64,000 nucleotides of DNA from Mobula hypostoma (taxonomy: Eukaryota). A model generated the notes under the pieces. The model was not told the DNA's origin and searched no databases. It saw nothing but the letters and a program-made list of their open reading frames with translations. Position numbers and translations under genes: made by a program. Below are positions 13,352 to 25,910 of this stretch, one piece after another. The stretch covers positions 25,112,001 through 25,176,000 of the forward strand of contig NC_086097.1 of the NCBI RefSeq assembly GCF_963921235.1. Reading direction: 5' to 3'. The first letter of the stretch is position 1; each line of letters starts with the position of its first letter.

Positions 13352-13505
13352 TCACCCACAGGTTGGTGGGAATGTGGAACACACTGCCTGATGGTTGATG
13401 AAGTGAGTGACTCGGTAGCTCAGCGGTTAGCACAATCACTTTACACTGCCAGCTTTAAGATGAGAGTTCGATTCCCATTGCTCAACTATAAGGAGTTTGT
13501 ATGTT

Positions 13506-14200
13506 CAAGTTCAAGTTTATTGTCATTCAGCCGTACACATGTGTATGACTAAACAAAACAACTTTCCTCTGGGAACAAGGTGTAAAACAGTACATATATC
13601 ACACAAAATAATATTAACAGACAACAAAAATATTCTGTAGATGTACAAGTTGACATAACGTGCACATATGACATACAGTATAATGCTACTGGTGCTGAGA
13701 TAAATAATGTATACTGGGCGGAAGCAGGGTGTTCAGAAGTCTCATAGTCTGGGGGAGGAAGCTGTGGCCCAGCCTAACAGCCCTTGTTCTTATACTGTGG
13801 TACCTTCTGCCTGACGGTAGGAGGTCAAAGAGATTGTGGGACAGATAGGGGAGAGGTGTTCCTTTACAATGCTGAGGGCTCTGTGAAAGCAGTGCCTCTG
13901 GTATTTATCGTGGATGGGGAGGAGAGAGAACCCAATGATTCTCTCAGCAGTTCTCACAATACACTGTGGGGTCTTGTGGTCATAAGCCTTGAAATACCCA
14001 TTCCGGATGGTGATGCAGATGGTCAGGGCACTCTCATTGTGCTCCTGTGAAATGTGGCTGAATGGGACAAAGAGCCTTGCTTGCCTTAATCTCCTCAAGA
14101 AGTGGAGGAGCTGCTGTGCTTTCTTGACTAAAGAGGTGGTGTTGAGGGACCATGGTGTGCCCTCCAAGAAACTTGGTGCTCCTGACTCTCGCCACAGGAG
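13506..14200 (-). mobile_element. Rex1/Babar-like LINE 3' part inserted into a V-SINE (SINE halves ~13415-13505 and ~14215-14450)
   Basis: VKKAQQLLHFLRRLR...ES.LT.CIT...QCIVRTAERIIG motif; AATAAACTTGAACTTGAAC tail. Confidence 0.75.
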
Positions 14201-14619
14201 CAGCTGATGTGCAGTTGGGAGAGGTTTTCCCCATGACCGTGTGGCTTTCCTCCAGTTGCTCCAGTTTCCTCCCACATTTCAAAGGCATACGGTTTGGGAT
14301 TAATGATTTGTGGCTATATTATCTTGGCACCAGAAGCATGGTGACACTTGCGGGCTGCCCAGTACAATCCTCGCTGATTTGATTTGACACAGATGATGCA
14401 TTTCACAGTATGTTTCAATGTACATGTGACAAATAAAGCTAATCTTTAATCTTGTAGACATAAAAAGAGTACCTAAATTGGTAAGGTATAGAGAGCTGTG
14501 ACCAAGAAATGATGGATAATTGACAAATGGAATGCACATTGTGGGCCCAAGGGTGTATTTCTGTGCTGTATGAATCTTTTACTATGACTAGCATTCAAGC
14601 AGTAAGTACTTAAAAATGT

Positions 14620-17600
14620 AGTGACAAGTGGAGCGGCCACTGTTGGAGTGGACCAGTGTGAGAATGTATGGCTTTATCTCATCAGTGTTAGGTGAGAACA
14701 GGTTTGAGCGAGGTAAGTTTCTTCTTCATCCTTTGTTTGTTAGTGCATAGTTAGTGGAGCGAGGATGGCTCCAGAGGCTGTGTTTTGTTCTGTGTGTGAG
14801 ATGTGGGAATTCACAGATAATCACATCTGCACCAGGTGCACCGAACTGCAGCTCCCCAGAGAACTGTAAGAAACTGGAGCTGCAGCTCAATGACCTTCGG
14901 CTCATACAGGAAAATGAGGAGGTGATAGATAGGAGGTACAGGAAGGTAGTCATCCATCTGTTGCAAAAGGCATGTATCTGGGTGACTGTCAGGAGAGGAA
15001 AAGGAAATAGGCAGCTAGTGCAGAGTGCCCCTGTGGCCGTTCCCCTCAATAAAAGTATATCACTTTGGATACTATTGAGGGGGACGACCTACAAAGGGGG
15101 GACAACCTACAAAGGGGAGACACAGCGGCCAAGTCTCTGGAACTCAGTCTGGCGCTGCAGCGCAGAAGGGAAGGGGAAAAGAGGACTGCAGAAGTGATAG
15201 GTGATTCCATAGTTGAGTGGACATGAGATTCTGTGGATGTGAAAGAGACGCCCGGATGGTATGTTGCCTCCCAAGTACCAAGGTCAGGTACCTCTTGGAT
15301 TGGGTCCACAGTATTCCAAAGGGGAAGGGCGAGCAGCCAGAAGTCTCGGTACATATTGGCAACAATGACAAAGGTAAGAAAAAGGAGGGGGTCCTGAAGA
15401 GAGAACTTACGAGTTGGGTAGAAAGCTGTAAAGCTGTACCACCACTGTAGTAACCTCTGGATTGCTGTCTGTGCCACTTGCCAGTGTGGGTAAGAATAGG
15501 ATGATTTGGAGATGAATGCATGGCTGAAGAACTGGTGCAGGAGGTAGGGGTTCAGATTTCTGGATCATTGGGATCTTTTCTGGGGAAGGTATGACTGGCA
15601 CAAAAGGGACTGGTTACACCTGAACCCAAGGGGGAACAATATCTTGTGAGCAGGTTTTCCAGAACTGTTGGGGAGGGTTTAAACTAGTTTGGCTGGGGAG
15701 TGGGAATCAGAGTGATAGGACTGAGGAAGGGGCAGCTGGTATACAAACAGATGCAGTATGTATTCAGAGTGTCAGAAAGGACAGGCAGATGACAGTCAGT
15801 GGTATGAGTTGCAGTGTAAACTGGGAACAAAATCAAAAAGGCTGACGAATATAGGACATAAGGTGTTATATTTTAATGCACACGGTATATGGAATAAGGT
15901 AGATGATCTTGTAGTTCAGTTGGAGATTGGCTGATATAATGTACAATTGCCCGATATGAGAACAAATTACAATGGGAGATAGAAAGGCATGTGAAAAAGG
16001 CAATGCAATAATAGTATGGGGGATTTAAATATACAGATAAATTGAGAAAATCAGATTGCTGCTGGATCCCAAGAGGGCGAAATTCTAGATTGCCTCAAGA
16101 TTGTTTTTTAGAGCAGCTTGTTGTTGAGCCCACTAGGAGAAAGTCTTTTCTGGATTGGACGTTTTGTAATGATCTAGATCTGAATAGGGAGCTTAAGGTA
16201 ATGGAACCCTTAGGAGACAGTGATCATAATATGATAGAATTTACCCTGCAATTTGATAGGAAAATGCTAAAGTCAGATGTATCAGTATTACAGTGGAGTT
16301 AAGGGAATTATAGAAGCATAACAGAGGAGCTGGCCAAAGTTGATTGCAAGAGGACACTAGTAGGCTGATGGAAGTACAACAATGGCTGAAGTTTCTGGGA
16401 ACATTTAAAGGGTACTCGATAAATACATCCCAAAGATTAAGTACTCTAAAGGCAGGATGATGCAAACATGGCTGACAAACGAAGTCAAAGACAACATACT
16501 GTAAAAGCAAAAGTGAGGGCATATAATAGAGCAATAATTAGTGGGAAGTTAGAAGACCGGGAAGCTTTTAAAAACCAACAGAAGGCAACTAAAAAGTCAT
16601 AAGGAGGAAAAATATGAAAGATGAAGATAAGCCAGCCAATAATATCAAAGAGTATACCAAAATGTTTTAAAGATATATAAGGAGTAAAAGAGAGGTGAGA
16701 ATAGATAACGGACTGCTGGAAAATGAGACTGGAGAGGTAGTAATGGGGACAAGGAAATGGCAGAAAGAAATAATAAATATTTGGCATCAGTCTTCACTGT
16801 GGTAGACACTAACAGTATGCAAGATGTTCAAGAGGGTTATGGGGCAGAAGTGAATGCAGTTCCTATTACTAGGGCGGAGGTGCTTGTGAGGCTGAAAGGT
16901 CTGAAGGTACATGTCATCTCGACAAGATGGATTACACCCCAGAGATCTGAAGGAAGTAGCTGAAGAGATCATAGAGTCATTAGTAATGATCTTTCAAGAA
17001 TCACTAGATTCTGGCAATGATTCCAGAGGACTGGAAATTTTGAATTCCAGAGGCAGGCAATAGCAAGGAAATTATAGGCCAGGTAGCCTTACCTTAGTAG
17101 CTCGGAAGATGTTGGAGTCGATTGTTAAGGATGAGGTTTCAGGGTACTTGAAGGTACGTGATAAAATAGGTCAAAGTCAGCATGGTTTCCTTAAGGGAAA
17201 ATTTTGCCCGAGAAATCTGTTGGAATTCTTTGAGGAAATAACAAGCCGGATGGACAAAGAAGAATGGGTGGATGTTGTGTACTTGGGTTGTGTACAGATA
17301 GCGATGCGGAAGGAGGGAGGCTGCAGAAGGGCTCAGACAGATAACCGGCAGATGGAATGTAATGTTGGGAAGTGTATGATCATGCACATTGGGTAAAGGA
17401 ATAAAAACGTAGACCATTTCCTAAATGGGGAGAACATTCAAAAATCCAAGGTACAAGCAGAGTTTGGAGTCCTCGTGCAGGATTCTCTAAAGGTTAACTT
17501 ACAGATTGAGTCAGTGGTGAGGAAGACAAATACAACGGTAGCTTTCATTTCGAGATGACTATAATATAAAAGCAAGGATGTAATGCTGAGGCTTTATAAG

Positions 17601-18165
17601 GCACTAGTGAGGCATCATTTGGAATATTGTGAACAGGCATGGCCCCTTATCTAAGAAAGGATGTGCGGTCATTGGAAAGGGTTCAGAGGAGGTTCACAAG
17701 AATAACTCTGGGAATGAAACGTTTATCATATGATATCATCCAGCCTGTAGTTACTGGAATTTAGAAGAATGATTGGGGGGAGATCTCATTGAAACCTATT
17801 GAATGTTGATAGGCCCTGATAGAGTGGATATGGAGAGGGTGTTTCCTATAGTCAGGGAGTCTAGGACCAGGGGGCACAGCCTCACAATAGAGGGACGACT
17901 ATTTAGAACAGAGATGAGGAGCAATTTCTTTGGCCATATAGTGGTAAATATGTGGAATTTGTTGCCACAGGTGGCTGTGGAGGCCAGGTCATTGAGTGTA
18001 TTTACAGCAGATATGATAGGTTCTTGATTAGTCAGGGCATGAAAGGTTACAGGGGAACATAGGAGAATGGAGATGAGGAGGAAAATGGATCAACCATGAA
18101 GAAATGGTGGAGCCCACTCATTAAAGGACAAAATAACCTCGTTCTGCTCCTCTGCCTCATGGTCT
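14620..18165 (+). mobile_element. Near full-length decayed CR1-like LINE with internal deletions
   Basis: ORF1 Cys-rich/coiled-coil region and esterase (VCCLP..HIGNND), APE (DSDHNMIEF), RT (QHGF..NLLEFFE), C-terminal RTRGHS motif, 3' UTR. Confidence 0.9.
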
Positions 18166-18574
18166 CAAGACAAGTGGAACAAAAATGGGATGACTAGCAA
18201 AAATGGCCATGCTTGACACAGATGGAAAGGAAGAGTGAGCCCGAAGGCCGATCAGAAGTGCAGCAGATGAAACCTGTTAACTGAAGCCTGGAGACCGGAA
18301 CTGGAGGCCCAGAGGCCTGCCTGGCATTGGAGGACTGTCACCGTGTGTTCGGATGAGAGGGAAGAAAGGAACTTATTTTACCGTTGATGTTTGTTTTTGC
18401 TGATTTTGTTCCGCTGAGCATTGTGGGAATGCTATGTTGGCACTATGAAGTGTGGAAACACTGGCGGGCTGCCCTCATCATATCCTTACGTTATGTTGGC
18501 CATTAATGCAAACGACACATTTCACGCTATGTTTCGACGTACATGTGATAAGTAAATGTTACCTGGGTTTCATC

Positions 18575-19005
18575 ACTTAAGTACAGAGAAAGGTTGAACA
18601 AGTTGGGTCTTTATTCTTTGGAGCGTAGAAGGTTGAGGGGGGACTTGATAGAGGTATTTAAAATTATGACGGGGATAGGCTTTTTCCATTGAGAGTGGGG
18701 GAGATTCAAACAAGAGGACATGAGTTGAGAGTTAAAGGGCAAAAGTTTAGGGGTAACATGAGGGGGAACTTCTTTACTCAGAGAGTGGTAGCTGTGTGGA
18801 ATGAGCTTCCAGCAGAAGTGGAAGAGGCAGGTTCGATGTTGTCGTTTAAAGTTAAATTGGACAGCTATATGGACAGGAAAGGAATGGAGGGTTATAGGCT
18901 GAGTCCAGGTCGGTGGGACTAGGTGAGAGTAAGAGTTCGGCACGGACTAGAAGGGCTGAGATGGCCTATTTCCATGCTGTAATTGTTATATGGTTATATG
19001 GTTAT
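18575..19005 (+). mobile_element. Younger CR1-like 3' end with (TTATATGG)n tail
   Basis: TRGHELRVKG..FFTQRVVAVWNELP motif and tandem tail. Confidence 0.85.
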
Positions 19006-19242
19006 AAATTTGAGTGACAGACAACCAGAAGCTCAGGGTCACTTCACCAGACTGAGACACAGTAACACATCACAATTAGCCTTAATATCACTCTGCTTGA
19101 TGACAGTTCATCAGGATTCCATCTGACATTCAAGATTATTTAATGACATTTCTGGTACACAAGTCTAAAGGAGAACAAAATAATTGTTATTCCAGATCTG
19201 ATGCAGCACAAAAAAACAAAATAACAAAAACATAATAAATAT

Positions 19243-20095
19243 GTTGTTGCCTCCTGAGTTCTAGGGGCTGGGACATTTCGGATCAAGTCCTCAGCATTCA
19301 TAAGTGGGAGGGTGAGCAGCCAGATGCTCAGGTCTATACAGATACCAATGACATAGGTTGGAAGAGGGACGAGATTCTGCAAAGTGAGTTCAGGGAGTTA
19401 AGTACGAAGTTAATGGACAGGACCTCCAGGGTTGTGATCTCAGGATTTCTACCTGTGCCACATGCTAGAAAGGCCAGAAATAGGAAGATTATACAATTTA
19501 ACACGTGGTTAAAGAGATGGTGCAGGAGGGAGGGCTTCAGATTTTTTAATCATTGGGTTCTTTTCCGGGGAAGGTGGGACCTGTACAGAAGGGACAGTTT
19601 ACACCTGAACTGGAAGGGGACTAATATTCTCACAGGAATGTTTGCCAGTGCTGCATGGGGATGGGGTGTTTCAACTCGAGTTCCAAGGAGACACCAGGAA
19701 ATATAGTAGAATGGTTGTAAGAAAGATGCTGTTAATCCTACATATAAAGTCAGGAATCAAAATGTTGAACATGATAGGACTAATGTTACTTATATTTTAA
19801 TGCAAGGAATATTGTGGGAAAGGCAGATAAGCTTAGGGCATGGATCAGCATGTGAAATTATGACATTGTAGCCAATAGTGAGACCTGCCTGCAAGGAGGG
19901 CCAGGACTGTTAGCTCGATGTTCCAGGGTTCTGAGGTTTTAGACTTGATACAGCGGGAGGGATTAAAGGGGGAGGGGTACCATTACTAGTCAGGGAAAAT
20001 GTCACAGCAGTGCTTAGTCAGGACAGACTAGAGAGCTCGCCCAGTGAAGCTATATAGATAGATCTGAGGAATAAGAATGGTATGACCACAATAAT
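19243..20095 (+). mobile_element. CR1-like ORF1 esterase / ORF2 start fragment
   Basis: RVVISGFLPVP...WDLYRRDSLHLN; YFNARNIV motif. Confidence 0.85.
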
Positions 20096-20248
20096 AGAGG
20101 GCTGGGTTACTGGGTGTAGCTGTTGATCAACCCTTACTGCTTAAGGACAGTAATTGTTTTTGAGTCTCTCAATAGTAAACCTGTGACTGACAGAATGAGG
20201 TGGGCAAAGACAGGATTCATAGAACTATGCACTTCAAAAGATTATCTG

Positions 20249-20474
20249 TAACACACACGAAATGCTGGAGGAACTCAGCAAGATAGGCAACATCTATGCA
20301 AGAGAGTAAACAATTGAGGTTTCGGTCCGAGACCCTTCATCAGACCTGTTGAAGGGTCTCAGCCCGAAATGTCGACTGTTTATCCATTTCTGTCATGCTG
20401 CCTGGCCTGCTGATTTCCTCTACCGTTTTGTGTGTGTTGCTTTCAATTTCCAGCATCTGCAGATTTTTTCACGT
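20249..20474. mobile_element. Penelope-terminus-derived mini fold-back element
   Basis: Inverted arms with apex near 20345; TSD AAAAGATTATCTG (20236-20248) / AAAAGATAATTTG (20475-20487). Confidence 0.8.
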
Positions 20475-21734
20475 AAAAGATAATTTGGCCTGTTGACCCT
20501 CCTTGACAAAGGTCTTACCCCCTGTGGCTTTCTCAAATGGACTCTTTGCTTTTTCAAATATCTTTCTTGTTTGTAACAAGTACTACTGAAAGTAATACTG
20601 CTGCAATTTAGATCAAAACCAGTTAAAATCTCCTCAGGTTCCTTGGTTAATTGCACTAAATCTATGTCATCTGATTATCCACATGGCCACCAATGGAGAA
20701 TTTGCCTAGCTATATTCATGGAATTGTCTGAAAGCCAGGAAAGCAGTAGAAGCTACCTTATTAAAAATATTTCAGACCTTTGCATAGTCATGGAATTAAG
20801 GGTCATGGGGTGAGGCAGATAGGTGGAGCAGAATCCACATCCGGATATGAGAGATTAAGGAATGGGGGACAGAAATCAACATTTTTTAATGTCAGGGATG
20901 CAGATAATGTGCAAACAGTGAATCTGGATGGTATGCTCTGATTTCTTGTATCCTTGAAAGCAAGCTAAATTCCTCCCTCCCAATATAACCCCTGTTAAGC
21001 AGAGTGAGACTGAGTGACAGAAACAATGCAACACTAGACACATTCAGCCTGAGTTAAATAACAAGGCTGATTTCTTGAACACAAGTGGTTCTGCAGATGC
21101 TAGAAATCCAGAGCAACACACACAAAATGCCGGAGGAACTCAGCAGGTCAGGCAGCATCTACAAGATGGAGGAGATTAAACCGTCAATGTTTTCTTGGCT
21201 GTTCAGCAGTGAAGAAGATGGAATTCTTTCTGAGGATAATCTAGTCTGAGAATGTTAAAATCCTTCAAGTTCCTCTATGGGGAAAAAAAAACACCAACTG
21301 ACACATACATAGCTGTGTTGTAGAAAATATGCTGATTATGCTATGAGGGAGTCAGTTTCTTAGCACACTCAGTATTTCAGACCTTCGGTGTAATAGTTCA
21401 CAGAAGGACAAAGAAGAAAGTAATTACCACCACTGGGACACAGAGTTAGTAGATTGAGTCAAATCATCAGGAAAAATATTACAAGTGTATTAAGGGCCAT
21501 TTCCTGTCATTTACTTGTAGCCTCGAGTCTATGATAGTACTCTTGTTAGTTCAGATCCCACTCTGAGCACAATCAGTCTCTTGATCCAGTAAAATAGCAA
21601 TCGTTCTTCCTTAAAGGACACAATGAACTAATTTGGGCCTTTAAACTACTTATTAATTTAACTACTGATTGCATTTTTTTTAAATTTTAGATTTACTTCA
21701 TTAACTGAATTTTAATTTCCCCAACTGCCATATG

Positions 21735-22300
21735 CAGTATGTAATGCTGAGGCTTTATAATGCATTGGTCAGCCCACATTTGGAAAATTGTGAGCAGTTT
21801 TGGGGCTCTGATCTTGGAGAAAGGATGTGTTGATATTGGAGAGGGTCCAGAGGAGGTTCACGAGAATGATCCCAGGAATGACAGGGTTAACATATGATGG
21901 GCATTTGATGGCTCTAGACCTGTACTCGCTGAAGTTTAGAAGAACCCACTGAAATTACTTTAAGGCCTAGATATATTTAAAGGATGTTTCCAACAGTCGG
22001 GGAGTCTAGGACCAGAGGGCACAGCTTCGGAATAGAAGGAAATGCCTTTAGACAGAGGTGAGGAGCAATTTCTTCAGCTAGAGCGTGGTGAATCTGTGGA
22101 ATTCACTGCTGCACAGTCAAACCATTTGGGTATATTTAAAGTGGAGGTGGATAGCTTCTTGATTAGTAAGTGGATCAATAGTTACAGGGAAAAGGCAAAG
22201 AATGGGATTGAGGAGGATAACAAATCAGCCACAATGGAATGGTGAAGCATACTCGAAGATCTGAATGGCCAATTTTACTCTCGTGTCTTAAGAGTCTTAT
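21735..22300 (+). mobile_element. CR1-like 3' fragment
   Basis: Decayed MLRLY..LV.PHLE and LERVQRRFTRMIPG motifs plus 3' UTR. Confidence 0.85.
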
Positions 22301-22579
22301 GAGTTGTATTGGGATTTGAAGTTGTCTCTCAATTATTATTCCATGTTTGTAATGTACAGCTATGAAATCAATGTACTGCCAAATCATACACCACTTCAGA
22401 TATTCCAGCCAACATACCTCTCACAATAACATAGACTGCTTCAGTCCATTATTCCAACGCCATTGTAAAACTGTGTGAAAATCGTTTGTACTTTTGTCAA
22501 TTGCTGGTCAAAAATATCTTATTGACTGCAAAGTGCTTTCACACATATTGAGGATGTAAAATGTGCGATAAAAATTCAT

Positions 22580-22798
22580 GCAACACACATCAAAGTTGCT
22601 GGTGAACGCAGCAGGCCAGGCAGCATCTGTAGGAAGAGGTGCAGTCGACATTTCAGGCCGAGACCCTTCGTCATGAAGGATCTCGGCCTGAAACATCGAC
22701 TGCGCCTCTTCCTACAGATGCTGCCTGGCCTGCAGCGTTCACCAGCAACTTTGATGTGTGTTGCTTGAATTTCCAGCATCTGCAGAATTCCTGTTGTT
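22580..22798. mobile_element. Penelope-terminus-derived mini fold-back element
   Basis: ~92-bp inverted arms with apex near 22672; perfect 16-bp TSD TGCGATAAAAATTCAT at 22564-22579 and 22799-22814. Confidence 0.92.
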
Positions 22799-23271
22799 TG
22801 CGATAAAAATTCATAACATTTTTATTACACAACATTTGTACCACACAACAGATTGATATGGGTCTAAAGGATTTCTCAACCATTTCCATTCCTTGAGACT
22901 AACGAGAAGGATTTCTTATTATGTGACCATATGTTATATATTGACCATAACATGGCCCCAATTACATACTTTCGTACATTTATGCTATTAAATTATGATT
23001 TTTTTCAGAATATTATGTCTCTGATGCTTTGTCCCTGTGAGGTAAACTTTTTAATGCACCTGTTAATGCATGTACAGTACTGTGCAAAAGTCTTAGGGTC
23101 ATATACATAGCTAAGGTGTACAGTACTGTATTTGTCAATGTGGAGTGGAGAACAAGTCTGTAAGTCTGGTAGGAGTAAAGGATGTTGGGAATGGCGAGGG
23201 TGATACTTGCTAGTCGCCCAGCACAATCCTCGTTGACTTGATTTCATGCAAAGTGACATATTTCTCTGTAT

Positions 23272-23476
23272 AACAAACAAAAGAAAAACTGCAAATGCTG
23301 GATCCAAGCAACACACACAAAATACTGGAGGAACTCAGCAGGTCAGGCAGCATCAATCAAAAAGAGTAAATAGTCAACGTTTTGGGCCGAGACCGTTCAT
23401 CAGGTCCTGATGAAACATCTCAGCCTGAAACATTCACTGTTCACTCTTTTCCAAAGATGCTGCCTGACATGCTAAG
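23272..23476. mobile_element. Penelope-terminus-derived mini fold-back element inside a SINE tail
   Basis: Apex near 23405; TSD TATTTCTCTGTAT (23259-23271) / TATTTCACTGTAT (23477-23489). Confidence 0.8.
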
Positions 23477-24389
23477 TATTTCACTGTATGTTTTGATGTA
23501 CATATGACAAATAAATCTAATCTTTAGAACAGGGACAAAGTGAAGACGGGGGAAACAGCAACAGGTAAAGATCTTTCAATCATTTCAAAGGAATAACAAT
23601 CTTTTTTTCAATGAGTGAAAAGGAATTCATTTTTTTTTCTACATGATTGATTTGGAATATGGGATACTGTGATCATATTACTGTGATTTAAATGTAATGT
23701 AATTCGTATTATTTACTTGTATCCTTATGAATTTTGTATTTGTATTCATGCAATTTATATAATATCAATAAAAATTTTGAAAAAAGGAAAAGGAATAACA
23801 AATAGGCTTTGCAGGCTGTGAGCAAATTTTGTTCTGCGCCTTGGAGTGCGAGCTGTAAGGACTGACTTAATCAATTCCTGGGGAAAGCTTTCTTCCAAGA
23901 GAGACTGAATACATATTTTTTTCTTTACTTATTGGAGCTCAGAAGACTGAGAGATCATCACAGTAAGACAGAGGTTTTGAGGAGGGTTGAGCAGGTAGGA
24001 ATTAAAAGGATGTTTTCACAGGCTGAAGAATTCAGAGGTTTGGAGAATGGTGTCAAAATAAGACAATTACAATGAGGAGAAATTTCTTTACAGTTGCAAA
24101 AATATCTGGAGATCTCTTCCAAAGAATCCAGTGTGAAGTGGCAGGTACAATTGGTAGATGGAGATCTCGCATAAAATTCTCTCCACTTAAGTTTCAGCTG
24201 CCCTCCTCTCCCTTCCCAGTTTGTTCAGATTATAAATGAACTCACTCATCTTAGTTTCCAGTTCAACCAACTGTATTTTCTTGATGCACGTCCTCACAGA
24301 CTTATTATCTCTACTCAACACATCCTTTTCTTTTTGTTTATTTAGGACTTTACCTTAGTTGGCAGAGAAACTTAACATTTCAGCAATAC

Positions 24390-24930
24390 ACACTCAGATT
24401 GGAGGAGTAACACCTCATATTCTGTCCGAGTAACCTCCAAGCTGATGGCATGATCACTGATTTCTCTAACTTCCAATGATTCCTCCCTTCTCTCCTTCTC
24501 TCTTTTACTATTTACCTAATCTGGTTTCCCTCTCATTCCTTTCCTTTCCACACCTGTCCATCGCCTCCCTCTGGTGCCTCTCCTCCACTTTCTTCCATTG
24601 TCTACTCTCCTCTCCTATCAGATTCCTTCTTCTTCAGTCCTTTTCCACCTATCACCTGCCAGCTCCTCACTTCACCCTCACACCCCCCAACCCAATAACC
24701 TTGCCCCTCACCTGATCTCACCTATCATCGGTCGGCTTCTACTTCTTCCTCTCCCTCCATCTTCTTATTTTAGTTTCTGCCCCCTTCCTTTCCAGTCCTG
24801 ATGAAGGATCTCAAGCAAGAATGTCAACTGTTTACTTCCCTCCATAAATGTTGCCTGACTTGATGAATTTTCCAACACTTTGTGTCCATTGCTCAAAATT
24901 TCCAGCATTTGCAGAATCTCTTGTGTTTAA
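24390..24930 (+). mobile_element. Old Penelope-like 3' end (ORF end, pyrimidine-rich UTR, degenerate hammerhead, terminus)
   Basis: LRLEE*HLIFC..NLQADG homologous to the 53720-53803 ORF end; CAGTCCTGATGAAGG at ~24793. Confidence 0.8.
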
Positions 24931-25004
24931 CGTTTCAGCAAAGGCTTTGCCACAAACATGCTGAACCCATGGACAAAATGCTACAAAAATTCACATCACT
25001 TTAC

Positions 25005-25118
25005 CTGGTGTGCCTGGATTCTCCTTGTTGAGTCTTGCAACTGCTGTTGCAAGGAGGTGACTATCTCTTTGTACTTTGTGTACCGTTCTTCTATCATATC
25101 CCGGTGATGCTGGGAACT
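25005..25118 (-). CDS. Internal coding exon of an unidentified coiled-coil protein gene
   Basis: Acceptor tttgtttttgcag, donor CAG|gtaaag, 114 nt (multiple of 3), open frame SSQHHRDMIEERYTKYKEIVTSLQQQLQDSTRRIQAHQ, non-repeat context. Confidence 0.7.
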
Positions 25119-25684
25119 CTGCAAAAACAAAGCATCGTAGTACAAGATGTAGAACCAGCTTTAATGTACAAAAAACATCTCAAGCAAGTGCAAACAATGC
25201 TTTGAGGTAAATAGAGGTGATATAATTTTTAAAATTGATTTTTTACAATCTGGAAGCACTGATCTGAAAATACAATAGCTAGGTTTGTTCAGGTGACATT
25301 AGAACCAATGATAAAAATAGAGAAAGCTTGGAGCACTCAGCAGTTTTGTCAGAAAATGTGAAGGGAAAAGATGGCCAACTGTTTCAGCCACAGACTTCGG
25401 GATTGTAATTCCTCAGAGTTTTAATCCTGGATGGAATGTTCACTAAAATCCTGAAAACAGATACAAGCCTGAAAGCACGCACCACCAAACTCAAGGACAA
25501 TTTCTAACACACTATGATGAAGCTATTGAATGATTCCCTACATTAAAAGTCTTGACCTCACAATTCATCTTCTTACGATCTTGCACTTTATTGTCTACCC
25601 GCACTGTACTTTCTCTGGAGCTGTTACACTTTATTCTGCATTTTGTTATTGTTTTGCCTTGTACTACCTCAATGCACTATGTAA

Positions 25685-25773
25685 AGCAAACACGAGGAAA
25701 TCTGCAGATGCTGGAAATTCAAGCAACACACACAAAATGCACAAAACACACAAAACCAGCATTTTGTGTGTGT
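25685..25773. mobile_element. Very short Penelope-terminus fold-back element
   Basis: TSD TGCACTATGTAA (25673-25684) / TGCACTGTGTAA (25774-25785). Confidence 0.75.
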
Positions 25774-25910
25774 TGCACTGTGTAATGATTTGATTTGTAT
25801 GAGTATGCAAAACAAGTTTTTCACTCTGTCTCTGTAACCAATTCTAATTCCAACCTGTAGGTTTCTTCAAATTCAAAACACAAGAGGTTCTGCAGATGCT
25901 GGAAATCTTT

